Assembly: GCA_951406725.2 (NCBI GenBank)
Contig: OX597819.1
Span: forward strand, 50,778,001 to 50,842,000
Origin: Octopus vulgaris
Taxonomy: Eukaryota
Reading direction: 5' to 3'
Length of the DNA stretch: 64,000 nt
Of the stretch, positions 39,170 through 53,905 are shown piece after piece. How positions within the stretch are numbered: position 1 is the first letter of the stretch; the number at the start of each line of letters is the position of its first letter. The position numbers and the translations under genes were made by a program. The notes under the pieces were generated by a model. The model ran no database searches. It saw only the letters and a program-made list of their open reading frames with translations, and had not been told where the DNA came from.

Positions 39170-40550
39170 ATTAGAAAATGGCAAAAAATAACAGATTAAC
39201 CAGTACATCGATAGGACAACATTTAAAGCTTATTTATTAATATAAAGCAAGACATAACAAAGCTAACAGCTGTTTCTGATCAGATTCCCAGAATGCAGTC
39301 TATACGTAAATTCGAGAATAAAACTCTTCATCTTCATAAGGCATTCGAATTAAAGCAACCGATCTTCATCAGAGTGAAAAACAAGAGCATACAATATGAA
39401 CAAAAGGGAGAAGGAAGAGGTAAGAAAACATGGTTTATACAAACAGTTTAAAAGCCCAAAATCTTAAGTGCACATAATTATATACCATCCGCGCTCAAAG
39501 AACGTAGGTAAGAGAATGAGCTATTAAAGGACTAAGGAATTCTACAAGTTATTAACAGGAGAGTACAGTTAGGAGTGGGGGTCAGGGTGTTAAAGGAAAA
39601 GGCTATCCAGAAGATCTGTGCAAATAAGATACTAATATAATTCTCAAAGGTGGAGGAATTACAACCGTTTTTCGTGGTCTGCTACCGCAACAGCTCCTTT
39701 ATAGGATCCAGTTAGCTCAAGACATCATCTGGAGGAACCATGTCCGGTTTCGGCCCCTACTCCTCTATCGTTTTGACGTGGCGCCCCCCACTTTCGGAGG
39801 TGCCTTCAGCTCTGGTGTTGGGTGCATGTCTTCTTTCTTCTTCTTTCTTCTGTTCCCTGGCCTCTTCGATGTATCGTCAGCGAGTGTCAGCCGGTGATTG
39901 ATTGACTTGTCAAATTTTCCCCTTTAAATACCTGCTGCTAGGCTCCAGCAGACAGCCCCAGCAAGTTGTCACGTGACACTGTCTCACCTTAACTGACTAG
40001 TGAAGGCGCGTAGATTTAGCCCGCGTATTCTCTAAACGATCGTCACCTGTCAGTCAGCGAACCTGATTCAGTGTCAGCTTGTCTCACCTAGTGATGTTAT
40101 TTTCCGCCGGCATGTTATGACTTTCAAGCCATTTTCAGTCTTCCCGCTTCAGCCATATATATTAAATGGAGTAAGCTTAAGTAAAGTTTAAAAATTTTGA
40201 TATAGGTTACTAAATAAAATTTACTCACAGGAAATTAATACCAAGAACCGCACCCCCCATGGTACACAATGGGGTAATGTTGAGTGGCTCTTACTCGGCC
40301 CAGAGTTAAGCTCGCTCGCCTTGTCAGTTTATATGGCTACCGTAGAAATCACATGCGAAATCACTGATCTGGCTATGCCTCGCATGGAGAGAGCTTGCCC
40401 CCCTTGTTAGTCAATGATAAGTGCTTTTTGTGGCTATGAGTTGTTTTGACTCTCATTTCCAGCAATACTGGTGCTGACTGGTGCCCCTTAGTCACTTCAG
40501 TGCCGTCTATATTTCTGCCTTTCGGTTGTAAATTGCGAATAAGCCAACAC

Positions 40551-40552
<2 letters not shown>
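39170..40552 (-). mobile_element. 1.38 kb (TA)n-flanked non-coding element with a terminal hammerhead-like motif
   Basis: Sharp (TA)n boundaries; minus strand CTGATGA-AGATC...GATC-A-GAAA-CAGCTG-TT at 39261-39376. Confidence 0.55.
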
Positions 40553-40623
<71 letters not shown>

Positions 40624-41098
40624 AACAGCATTAGAAATTATGATAACTATTGTACTAAAAATGGATCTGTACACAAATATTTTGTTTATATAAATAAAAA
40701 AATATATAAAACATTAAAAAAAATATTGCTGTCATCAATTGCTGCAAAGCAGAATGTTGCTGTTTTGAAAGAAATCTCGCATAACTCTGTCAATTTGAGT
40801 GTGATAGAATTTATGTCCTCACAGAAAGTATTTTTTTTTGTATACATTTCAATTTAGTCTCCATATTCCACCTGGGTATTCCAAAGACGACAACGAAGGT
40901 TCCATCATAGATATATCAATGTAGAAGTATCAGACAGCACCAGAAAAAGACACTCAAACATAATTCTTTAAGTTGACAATATTCAAGCGTATTTGATTAA
41001 CTCAGTTTAGCATTATTTGAAGTTTCAAATATATTACTTCTGAGAATTAATAAAACTCTATCGTTGGTTTTGTATGTATGGATGTATGTTTGGTATCT

Positions 41099-41130
<32 letters not shown>

Positions 41131-41294
41131 CTGCATGTGTGCGCGTGTATATATGAGTGTAGTTGTGTATAGGTGTACATATGTGTATGTGTCTATGTGT
41201 CAAGATATGGATGTAGGAATATGTATGCACATATATATGTATGTATATAAACACACACAAATATATATATACATATACATACATACATACATAC

Positions 41295-41336
<42 letters not shown>

Positions 41337-41462
41337 TTATAGAGATACATAGCTAGATTCATACTAAGGTGCATAGAGAAAGTATCTATATTTATCTATC
41401 TATTTATCTATACATATGCATATCTATTTAACAATGTATGTATATGTATATACACACACATG

Positions 41463-41495
<33 letters not shown>

Positions 41496-41708
41496 TATAT
41501 TATCTATGTGTATATGTGCATGTATATTATTCTATATGCTTGTGTGTATCTATGTATCCACGTTTCTATAATTCTATGTTTGTAGGTGTTCATGTGTTTT
41601 AATCTGTGTGTGAGTGAGTATGGATGTGCGTGAGTATACCTTTTTTTTTCCTGCATTGCTATTTCTATATATGTTTCACTTCTTTTTTTTTTTTCTTTTC
41701 TGTGGCAG

Positions 41709-41780
41709 CTATTCATATTCGAAGTTAACGCACAAATATATCCTTCTAAAGATGAATGTAGATGTAATAGTACAAACACT
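41709..41780 (+). other. Candidate exon (72 nt) of a plus-strand transcript
   Basis: Long polypyrimidine tract ending TGTGGCAG, ACT|GTAAGT donor; contains AAGATGA at 41752. Confidence 0.4.
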
Positions 41781-42245
41781 GTAAGTAAGAAAAGGCAATA
41801 AAAAAGTCACAAAGATATACGCTTACATTTAATCATAAACCGGAATGCGATAGAAAATATGCGTCTAGCATTCTGCATGTGGTGATGAGTGCATTCTCTA
41901 TATCTACATGTTGTGCTGGTGTATAGAGATTGAAGCTGTAAAGACAGAAACAGGATAACTATTTGTGATAAGGATAAGAGAATTAAATCCATTATACAAT
42001 GTCTGAATGTGGCCTACGCATCGTAAAGGGATTGGTGTAATTCAATTATCAAAGATTTCCAGCTGATACGAAAACTATATCAACTTGCTTGCTTAACGTA
42101 GTTAACGAAACAACCAGCAGAAAGAAAAAAAAAGAACAATATATATATATATATATACACATACACACACATACATACATAGAAATGTATATGTATATAT
42201 ATATATATGTGTGTGTGTGAATGTTTATATATGTATATATGTATA

Positions 42246-42296
<51 letters not shown>

Positions 42297-42322
42297 TTAC
42301 ACACATACATATACATATATAC

Positions 42323-42386
<64 letters not shown>

Positions 42387-42728
42387 ATATATTATGAATG
42401 TATGTGTGGAAGTAAAAGGCATTTTATAAAAGCCGAAGGTATTTTAAACACCCAATCCATGACACCTCGTTTAATGTGTGTGTGAGAGCGAGAGAAAGAG
42501 AGAGTGAAAGAGAGAGAGAGTGTGTGTATGTGAATGTGTGTGTCTATATATACATGTCTTCGTGTGTTTCTATATAATAATGTATATGTATCGCGATTCA
42601 CAAATCTAATACGATAGATATATATGTATATGATTACACGCACATGCAAATGCACGCACACGCAAGCCCAAGAACGTGCGTACATAAATGTATATATGCA
42701 TGTATGTAAGCATCTGTCCGTCTACTCC

Positions 42729-42810
<82 letters not shown>

Positions 42811-42949
42811 AATCAGTATATCTGTAACGTTACAGTGCTTATGAAAGCTATATAGATATAATACATTTGCATACAAGCACACAGCACGTGCATTGTGTGT
42901 GTTCAACTATGTATGCATTTATTCATGTATATATCTGTATATCTATAAA

Positions 42950-43004
<55 letters not shown>

Positions 43005-43144
43005 TCACATACATGTACAAGGATATATTCACATCTATCTGGTATACGTTTCTGTCATCTTAAACATATTTTCCTTACGAATATACACACCGTTATACAG
43101 GCACAAAACACACACATATATATACATACGCACAGCATATGTAC

Positions 43145-43186
<42 letters not shown>

Positions 43187-43400
43187 ATTTATGTAATAAT
43201 ATGTCAGTATATGCATTATTTCACATTAGGTTCTGCTTCGTATGTATCTCTATGCATCCATAATGCTGTAGGTAAGAGTCTAAATGTTTTAGTTAACATA
43301 TGATTAAGGCAAGACACTAAATTACACAACTTTTCAGCGCTTTTATCTTTTGAACGTGTACGGAAGTAAAGGCCGTACACCGACACCCACCAACACACAT

Positions 43401-43458
<58 letters not shown>

Positions 43459-43588
43459 GCATGCATATACGAACATAGGTGCAGATATACATATATAAAT
43501 ACGCAGCCGTTTACATATACGTACGTACTCGTGTGCGGATGTGAGAAGAAGTGAGCATGCATGTAATTTACGTATAGACACACACACG

Positions 43589-43620
<32 letters not shown>

Positions 43621-43757
43621 CACATATACGTATACGAATATATTCATGCATATACATGTATATATATATATATATATATACTCACACATGCACACAATGT
43701 ATGCGTATATATTCAGGTAGAGACCAATGTAAAACTCCCTCTGTCTCTTCATCTCTC

Positions 43758-44116
<359 letters not shown>

Positions 44117-44835
44117 CAGCCATTCCTGAACTTGCATATACATAAAAATACATAAAACATACAAGGCACCCCTCTCTCTCTTGCGCACATTCTAAATCAC
44201 AGATGTATACACATAAATGCATCTATGTATTGACGCATACATACATACACACATACATACATACATATATACATACATACATACTTATGTATACGTGAAT
44301 ATATATATGTATGTTTATATTTATGATTGTGTATGTGTGTGTGAGTGTGTCGTGCAAGTATGTATATCTATGCATATTTCTATATTTCTATATATACGCA
44401 CACGCATAAAACCGTCTATACGTGTGTATTTATATAAATATATATATATACAAAGAGGGTTAGATATACATCAATAAAGGAAGGTGGCGGTAGGTTGGTA
44501 GGTAGGTTGACTGGCCGACTGTCTGGCTGGCTGGCTGGCTGGCTGGTTGGTTGATTGGTTGGTTGGTCGGTTGGTTGGTCGGTTGGTCTATTTGCTTGGT
44601 GGATGAAAAATATATGATGGCTAGGTTCTTACGCTTGATGGTGGGGTAGAATTTTTATGTCTGTCTGTCTGTATGTATGTATGATTTTATGCTCTATATG
44701 TATGTGTATCTTTCTCTCTCTCTTTATCTGTGTGTATATATATATATATATGCTCCAGAATGGCCGGAGTCAAACGACTGAAACAAATAAAAGAACACAT
44801 ATATATATGTATATAATATATATAATATATATATA

Positions 44836-44897
<62 letters not shown>

Positions 44898-45081
44898 TAT
44901 GCACACACACACACACACAGAGAAAGAGAGAGAGGGATAGATATGCACGCAGACACATTCACACACATATCTATCTACTCATATACACACACGCACACAA
45001 ATACTTATATATATACACACACATACATTTATTTGTGTGTATATATATATATATATATGTATATGGATATCTACACACACG

Positions 45082-45125
<44 letters not shown>

Positions 45126-45520
45126 CGTATGTACATACGTACATACATATACACACACATACGTATTAATGACAGTTTTACTGTTCTGTTCAATAGAAAT
45201 ACCTGCTCTCTCTCTGCAACAGCGTAGTCAGGTTAGCGGCGCTAGATTCTCATAAAAGCTCCAATCAATATGGATACATTAAACAGAAACCATCATCAAG
45301 CGAAGAGTGTATACATTATGATAGATATCTCTCCGTGTTATCCACAGTTCTAAGCATCTGTGATACATAAGCGAGAGGAAGATGGTGGGCGAGGAACAGG
45401 ATGTGATAGATTACTATCGCTATTTCCGCCATGAATCCAGCAGCTATCAAATTAGAAATCGTGTAGAAATGAATGCTTGGACCGACATTTCAGAACCGAA
45501 AGTGAAACAACAACAGCAGC

Positions 45521-45588
<68 letters not shown>

Positions 45589-45822
45589 TAATAATAATAA
45601 TAATAGGAGCAGCCCAAATAACAGCAATAACAACAACAGCGACGGCAACAACAACGACAACATGAGACTGAACAACGGACATAACCGCAAAGGACGTCGA
45701 CGGTGTCGTCGGAGTCGATGGCGTTGCTCCGACGACAGAGACGTTGACCAGAAGCACAACAACACCAACAATAACAGCAACAACGACGACAACAACAACA
45801 ACAAAATCCAACAAAAAAAAGA

Positions 45823-45864
<42 letters not shown>

Positions 45865-45969
45865 GCTACTGCTGCTGCTGCTGCTGCTGCTGCTACTACT
45901 GGTATCTTGAGTACAATAACGTGGGCAAGAAAAACAGGACCAACTTTAACAGTCTACACAATACTTCAC

Positions 45970-46030
<61 letters not shown>

Positions 46031-46292
46031 AGTAGTAGTAGTAGTAGTAGTAGTAGCAGCAGTAGTAGTATCATTGTTATTGATGTTATTAGTGTTGTTG
46101 CCGTTTTCCTCCTCCTCCTCCTCCTCCTCCTCCCCAATAGGATGATTATAAGAGCTATAATAACAATCTTTCCTTATTTGCCACTCGGCATTTTTATGGG
46201 TATGTGTGTGTCGATACATTTATATACATACATACATACATACATACATACATACATACATACACACATACATACATACACACATACACATA

Positions 46293-46333
<41 letters not shown>

Positions 46334-46786
46334 GCATATAAACATTTGTATATTCATGCATACATAATATATGTGTACATAAATATATACTGATAGATTT
46401 ATGTATGTATGTATAGAGAGAGATACACACACACACATGCGCACAGTCGCAGATACACGTAACGTTATACACACGCAGACACTCACACACACACGGAGCC
46501 ACACACACATATGCACACGAATGAACCTTCAAACGATGATGGACTATAATATGACTTCAAGGCAGGCGCCGTGGTGTTGTAGTAACAAGTCCTCACCCTG
46601 CTTTTATATCGCCATTCATCTATTGATTTACGATTGCCGGCTGCCATTTTACATTAGACATTTCCATCGCATGTCTGTGTGTGAGTATGTCTTTGGTAAA
46701 AGCATGGACCTTACAATATCATCGAATCTTCCTTCTATAAATATTGCAGATTCCGGTATGCATACACACACACACACACACACACA

Positions 46787-46842
<56 letters not shown>

Positions 46843-47039
46843 CACGTATATGCACGTAGACATAAATCGGTGCAGACAGCCATGCTTGCGCAATTAAGAA
46901 ATTTCATTTGTAACCAACATTATTTCAGGTTTGGTTTCATAACGCGGGACCTTGGGCGATTGGATTCAACAACAGCTCTAGACCGATGGGGGAATATATC
47001 TACGAACGTATTTGATAAACGGAATTTATGCAGAACCCC

Positions 47040-47078
<39 letters not shown>

Positions 47079-47115
47079 GTATGAGTAAGTATCTCATTTA
47101 TTTCTTTTGCCACAT

Positions 47116-47171
47116 GTATCACTGACGAAGAGAGGGCTCTTAGTAGCTAACTCTGAAATCGGTCCGATATG
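47116..47171 (+). ncRNA. Minimal hammerhead motif
   Basis: GTATCA-CTGACGA-AGAG...CTCT-GAAA-TCGG-TC-CGATAT; core intact, stems I and III slightly decayed. Confidence 0.65.
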
Positions 47172-47555
47172 GTAATAATGGAATTTTTTAGAAATTTCTG
47201 TCAGCCTTTTTTCGAGTAGCGTGCATATTTTGAAAAAATTATATGGTTAATGGACAATATGTCCAATTTTTCGGCATATTTGGCATTAGAATTTTTTCCT
47301 TTGCCCTCATTTATGAATTGTTTATAAATTTAACCGTTAAAGGTATTTTTTAATATGCTGGCCATTGATAAAATTTTTTCGAGAAAATAAATTTTTTTTC
47401 GAAAAGAATTTTATCCTCACATTTGATATATGTATATATATATATGAAAATTTATTGGTGAAAATGGACCAAAATTTGAAAAACTTGTAATTTGTTTTTA
47501 AATAAGTTTATTTACAGGCATAACAAACTAGTTTCGACAATACTTTTTTTATGAA

Positions 47556-47880
47556 GGCGGTGGGCTGGTAGAAACGTTAGCACGCCGGGCGAAATGCTTA
47601 GCGGTATTTCGTCTGCCGCTACGTCCTGAGTTCAAATTCCACCGAGGTCGACTTTGCCTTTCATCCTTTCGGGGTCGATAAATTAAGTACCAGTTACGCA
47701 CTGGCGTCGATGTAATCGACTTAATACGTTTGTCTGTCCTTGTTTGTCCTCCTTGTGTTTAGCCCCTTGTGGGTAGTAAAAAATTATGCATTTCGTCCAT
47801 CTTTACGTTCTGAGTTCAAATGTCTAATGTAAAATGGCAGCCGGAAAAAGTAAAGTCCGCCGAGATGGACTTTACTTTTC
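47556..47880 (+). mobile_element. Family C SINE with partial second unit
   Basis: Same subfamily tail (TTTAGCCCCTTGTGGGTAGTAAA) as the 2843-3531 cluster. Confidence 0.85.
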
Positions 47881-47934
47881 ATATATATACATATATATTT
47901 AGTTTATTTTATTTAGTTTCAACTCACAAGCTGT

Positions 47935-47983
<49 letters not shown>

Positions 47984-48038
47984 GGATTTTTGGCTTTGCG
48001 TAAGAAATGCATTGCCTCATCAGTGGAATATATTTTGA

Positions 48039-48079
<41 letters not shown>

Positions 48080-48186
48080 TATATTAAATTAGAGACAAAA
48101 CCACTATTATGCAAATCAAACAAAGAAAGACTTAAGCCAATACATCAAATAATTTATATAAATTTAGAAATTTAACAATTATAAAT

Positions 48187-48247
48187 AACCACTACGATCG
48201 TTTCATGTCTTATTTCAGCACATCTTTGAGACATTCTTCAGGTGGTT
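48187..48247 (-). ncRNA. Canonical type I hammerhead ribozyme motif
   Basis: AACCAC-CTGAAGA-ATGTCT...AGACAT-GAAA-CGATCG-TA-GTGGTT: 6 bp stem I, 6 bp stem II, palindromic stem III, GUA triplet. Confidence 0.85.
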
Positions 48248-48438
48248 TCAAAACCTAAAATATAATCAATATTTTAAAGATATAAATAATCTATATAATC
48301 TAAATAAAAATTATTAAATATGATTATATCGAAATCGACTATAATGTTAAATATTAACTTTAATTTATAAGGTAGAAATCCATATTCTAATATCCATTTT
48401 AGTCTATATCTACTTATATATATATATATATATGTATG

Positions 48439-48489
<51 letters not shown>

Positions 48490-48551
48490 ATATATATATT
48501 TATTTATATATATATATATATATATAAATAAATATACATATATATATACAT

Positions 48552-48612
<61 letters not shown>

Positions 48613-48615
<3 letters not shown>

Positions 48616-48803
48616 GGAAAGTTTACGAAAATAATCAAAAGACGAAGGCAGGTGCTGTACAAACAAACAGATGTATTAGTATAGCGCTCAGGAATAGGAA
48701 AAGTATTTTACGTTTCGAGCCTACGCTCTTCTACAGAAAGGTACACAGAAAAAAACAAGGAGAGAAAAAAATGTGTGTAGTAGTTAACGATCTATCATGG
48801 CGC

Positions 48804-48805
<2 letters not shown>
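48613..48805 (-). mobile_element. Solo Penelope-like terminal repeat with hammerhead motif
   Basis: Colinear with 24148-24360; CTGTAGA-AGAGC-GTAG-GCTC-GAAA-CG-TA; (TA)n on both sides. Confidence 0.8.
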
Positions 48806-48847
<42 letters not shown>

Positions 48848-49831
48848 TACATATATATATACATATATAGATACATACATATATACATATATAAGTGAAG
48901 GCTCATGGCTCAGTGGTTAGAGCGTCGGCCTCACAATCATGAGGTAGTAGTTCGATTTCCAGACCAAGCAGTGTATTCTATTCTTGAGCAAGACACTGTA
49001 TTTCTCATAAAGAAAATTAAAGGGGAATGAAGTCGTTTGTCTTCTGTAGTAAGAGTTCCATGTAGAGATAGATCTCTAAGTTGAATTGGGATATTATTTG
49101 TAGATGTACCCGATAATTGCTTATCCATGAGTGTGATCTCTTGTTACCACTCAGCCGAGCAAAGGGTATATTGTCAACAGATAAAATCCAAATAAAAGGA
49201 GAAAGGAAGTGATTTTCACAAGTTTAAAATGCCTTGTCACAATTGTTTTTGTTCCAGCCCTGATTTAACGTCATTACACGTAAAATTTCCTTCTCAAAAC
49301 TGGCGTAACATTTCCTGTTGAAGCAGAAGAATTGCACTTCGTGAGATTTGCATCTAAGACCCTCTGATCTACCCTTCCTGCACCTTATATATTTATATGA
49401 ACATATGCTTGGCCTAGTACTTAAGGTGTTGCACGGATAGGGTGATGTGTTGGGCTCATGAGCAAAACACTTCATTTCACGTTGTTTCACTTCACTCAGT
49501 CATAAATTAAATGTGCAAACATGTAAGAGACTGGCGTTTCGTTTAGGGGAACTATTGGGTGTTGGCCTCTCCGTCGAACCACCGGAGTGGTATACTTCGA
49601 AAGGTACAACAATGCAAAGGAGTGAATTGTGTTCAGCGGAGTTTTACAACATTCGATCGTCTGGTCAATACAGTCGTAGCCTGATATATGCATTAGTGTA
49701 ACTTTGCATGTAAATAATAAGTTTGTGTGTATGTATGTTTGATGGATACACGCCTTTGTGTTTGCCTTTAGCTCTCAATATTAGATAACATTATATATTT
49801 GTATGCATGTGTGCGTTTTAAGAGTCGTGTG

Positions 49832-49863
<32 letters not shown>

Positions 49864-49898
49864 TGTATGTATGTATGTATGTATTCTCATGTCTCCAG

Positions 49899-50004
49899 AC
49901 AAATCAAACTTAATGAGCACGTCAAATTTGGAGAATTTTTGATTGTTGATACTCTCCTTCTCCTTTGGATGTGGGCCCAGTTGACACCAACGAAGAGGAT
50001 TCTA
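49899..50004 (+). CDS. Candidate internal exon (106 nt)
   Basis: TTCTCATGTCTCCAG acceptor, CTA|GTAAGT donor; single open frame QIKLNEHVKFGEFLIVDTLLLLWMWAQLTPTKRIL ending in phase 0. Confidence 0.4.
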
Positions 50005-50105
50005 GTAAGTCGTCATCATCATAATCATTATCATCATCATTAAAATTACTACCGTTGTTGTTGTTATTATTATTATTATTATTATTATTGTTGTTGTTGT
50101 TGTTG

Positions 50106-50188
<83 letters not shown>

Positions 50189-50278
50189 TCGTTGTTGTTG
50201 TTGATTTGCAAAAAAGTTTTTCTTCAGTAAATTGTCCCTACTTTCTTCTTAGCATTTGATTTTTCTCTTGCCATCCAG

Positions 50279-50368
50279 ATCAAAAGACGTCGATGTGTGC
50301 AGGAATGGATTATAACCAGTGAGAAGTCGTTTATGGAAAGTCTCCAGCGAATACACCAAAAGACTTGA
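50279..50368 (+). CDS. Candidate terminal coding exon
   Basis: TTTTTCTCTTGCCATCCAG acceptor; phase-0 frame IKRRRCVQEWIITSEKSFMESLQRIHQKT* is the longest of the three. Confidence 0.35.
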   Translation: MKRRRCVQEWIITSEKSFMESLQRIHQKT

Positions 50369-50374
50369 ACAGAA

Positions 50375-50945
50375 TTATCAATACAATAAGTCACAGCACA
50401 ATACAGCATAATACAATATCACAAAGTACGGAAATACACAATATACTACAATACCTAACAAAGAAATACTGTTTTACACTATGCTTTATCACACAGTACG
50501 GTATCACACGATGCATCACAATATCACACAGTGCCATATACTTCAATACAGTGCATTATAATATGATATAGTACCAAATAATACAATATTGTATCATATA
50601 ATGCAATGCAGTACCACATAATAGAATATAGTACCAAATAATATAATACAGTACCAAGGCGGTGAGCTGGCAGAATCGTTAGCATGCCAGGCAAAATTCC
50701 ACCAAGGTAGACTTTGCCTTTCAACCTTTTGGGGTCGATAAATTAAGTACCAGTTGTGTACCGGGGGCTAATCGACTGCCTCCTCCCCAAAATTTCAGGC
50801 CTTGTGACTGGAGAAGAGAAAATACAATACAGTACCAAGTAATACAACATAGTACCATATAATACAATGCAGTACCACACAGTATAATGCGGTGCTACAC
50901 GATGCAATAATGTGCCAAACTATATGATATAGCACCATATAATAT
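50375..50945. repeat. Degenerate pentanucleotide (AATAC/AGTAC) satellite split by a family C SINE (50657-50820)
   Basis: 5 bp periodicity; AATAYAATACAGTACCAAG flanks the SINE on both sides. Confidence 0.8.
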
Positions 50946-51045
50946 AAAAAAAAAAACGTAGGAAAAGCACAAGAAAGAAAAACAACAACGCGAGTACGTG
51001 GTACATGCAAAGTATTAACAGACGCACAGAGAAGGAAAGGAAGGT

Positions 51046-51080
51046 AGCTTTACGTTTCGAGCAAAGCTCTTCTTCAGTAA
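51046..51080 (-). ncRNA. Minimal hammerhead core in a Penelope-like repeat
   Basis: CTGAAGA-AGAGC-TTT-GCTC-GAAA-CG-TA; stem I poorly paired. Confidence 0.55.
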
Positions 51081-51160
51081 CAAGAGACAGGAAAGTTCAA
51101 GAGAAAAAGAAGACGGAGGGAAAGAATCGTCAACGATCCACATGTAGTTACATTTTGAAA

Positions 51161-51222
<62 letters not shown>

Positions 51223-51394
51223 CACCCATATATATATACATACAGAGAGAGAGAGAGAGAGAGAAAAAGAAAGGACTTTTTGGACTTTTTGGACAACTGA
51301 CGAGGAAAGAGCAACGTCCGTGTCTTGTGTGTGAAAATTTTTTTTGTTCCTTAGTTGTATTACTGTCTAACTCTTGGAACTTTAATATATAATA

Positions 51395-51850
<456 letters not shown>

Positions 51851-51856
51851 GTGTAT

Positions 51857-51927
<71 letters not shown>

Positions 51928-52821
51928 TACACACATACATAATGCTTGTACGTGCGCGCGTATGTGCCTCTGTGTGATGTCGCGCTGTGTAGTGATTAAG
52001 TTATTCAGCTCATGGTCCTGAGGTCGTAAGGTCCTGGATCACGCGGACTATTTTGTCTTTGACCAAGGCGCTTCATTTCACGTTGCTTCAATCGGCTTCA
52101 AGAATGATTACTATCCGGGTATTGTTGCATTTACCACTCGTCACCCCATCTTTCGTATCCTCGATGTTCTGCACGTGAAGGATGAGGGAGGTGTTTTGAC
52201 TCATGTATATACCAACTCGCGACTACATAGGCACCGTAAACAACTAGTGAAAATATGGTATGTGTTATTAAGCCTTAGTCGCTCGCGAGTGACGGCTGGC
52301 GGTCAGCTTTCGTTTATGTTATTTATGACTGTTTATGTGTGCTTATGAAAATCATTGAAGGAATGAGTGCGAGTACGTGTATAAGTGTAAATGTATGTGT
52401 GTAAATGTGTGAAGATTATAGCGAAAAACTATGTGTATCGGTAAGAATTTGAGAGAAACTAGCTGGAAGATAGAGGCAGTGGACAGCGAAGATGGAGGAC
52501 GGAATGTCGGGAGCGACAGTGAAGGGAGATAAATCAATAGAAGAGGAGAATGTGATCAATAAGGGAAGAAAATAAGATATATATATATATATATAAAGAA
52601 AGGGTGAAAGTTGGAAAGGAAAAAGAAAAATTAAAGAAACCAGAAAGAAAGAAGGCTATTGTAAACCAATATGTTAGAAAGAAATTGAGGTAAGGCAGAA
52701 AAGATAGAATTCATTTTACAATGTTCGATATATTTCTAAATGTTACCCGAGAGATTTCGAAAGGGATTTATTTCTGATTCCTGAAGAACATATATATATA
52801 TACATATATACATATATACAT

Positions 52822-52915
<94 letters not shown>

Positions 52916-53161
52916 TTATATGTGTGTGTATACATATGTATGTATATGTATGTGTGTATATATATAAATATATATAGATAGATGCATAAACTTATATGTA
53001 TATCTATGTATATAGGTATATGTGGATATATATATGTAATATATATGCATATATACACGCTATATAAATATAGAAAGATCGTGTAAAAGAAGAAAGAATG
53101 AAAGAAAGAAAGAAAGAAAGAAAGAATAAAGAAAGAATAAGAAAGGAAAAAGAAAGCACGA

Positions 53162-53201
<40 letters not shown>

Positions 53202-53539
53202 ACGAAAGAAAAAAAGAAAGAAAGAAGAAAAGAAGGAAGGAAAGGAATAGAGAGAGTGTGGGTGTAGTTGTGGAGTGTGTTAGACAAATGGCTTTCCAGA
53301 AATTAGATTAATTTTTTTCTCATTTTTATCTTTTTGGAAGTGGGAAACTTATGAAGAAGAGATAGTAGAATGTAATTTCTGGAGCTAATCTAGTATAAAG
53401 TAAGTTAAAAGCGTCCATGTTGTTTGCTGCCGATGATATGGATAAAGGGGTGAAAGGTTGAAATTACGGAGAGGCAGGAGTGATTTTTGATTTTAAATTT
53501 GAATCGTTTCTTTTATTTTCAATATTTTCGGGATGTTAT

Positions 53540-53900
53540 TATCATGATCATCATCATCGGCATCATCGTGGATATCATCACCGTCAGCATCATCGTGGTT
53601 GTGGTCGTGGTCGTAGTCATCGACGTCTGTTCTTTATCCTCCACCTCATCATCAGCATTGATATTCTCCTTATCATCCTACTGCTCCACCTACTTGTCCT
53701 CCTCCTCCTCCACCACCACCACCACCACCTCCACCACCCTCCACCACCACATCCACCACCACCACCACCATCACCACCACCACCACCACCACCACCACCA
53801 CCACCACCACCACCACCACCACCACCACCACCACCATCACCATCACCACCACCACTTACAACAGCAACAACATTACCATCATCACGATCATCCTCATGTT
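53540..53900. repeat. (CAT)n/(CCT)n/(CAC)n trinucleotide tract
   Basis: Source of the poly-P/poly-H/poly-G ORFs. Confidence 0.9.
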
Positions 53901-53905
53901 CACGC

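Noticed and set aside
46929-47015. CAG|VWFHN resembling a homeobox helix-3 exon; FGFITRD in another frame resembling a cold-shock RNP-1 motif
   Set aside because: Downstream residues match neither family and no upstream domain exon was found.
50279-50368. Resemblance of KRRRCVQEWIITSEKSFMESL to a RhoGEF DH first helix
   Set aside because: A stop follows within 10 codons with no clear donor, so no domain can be completed.
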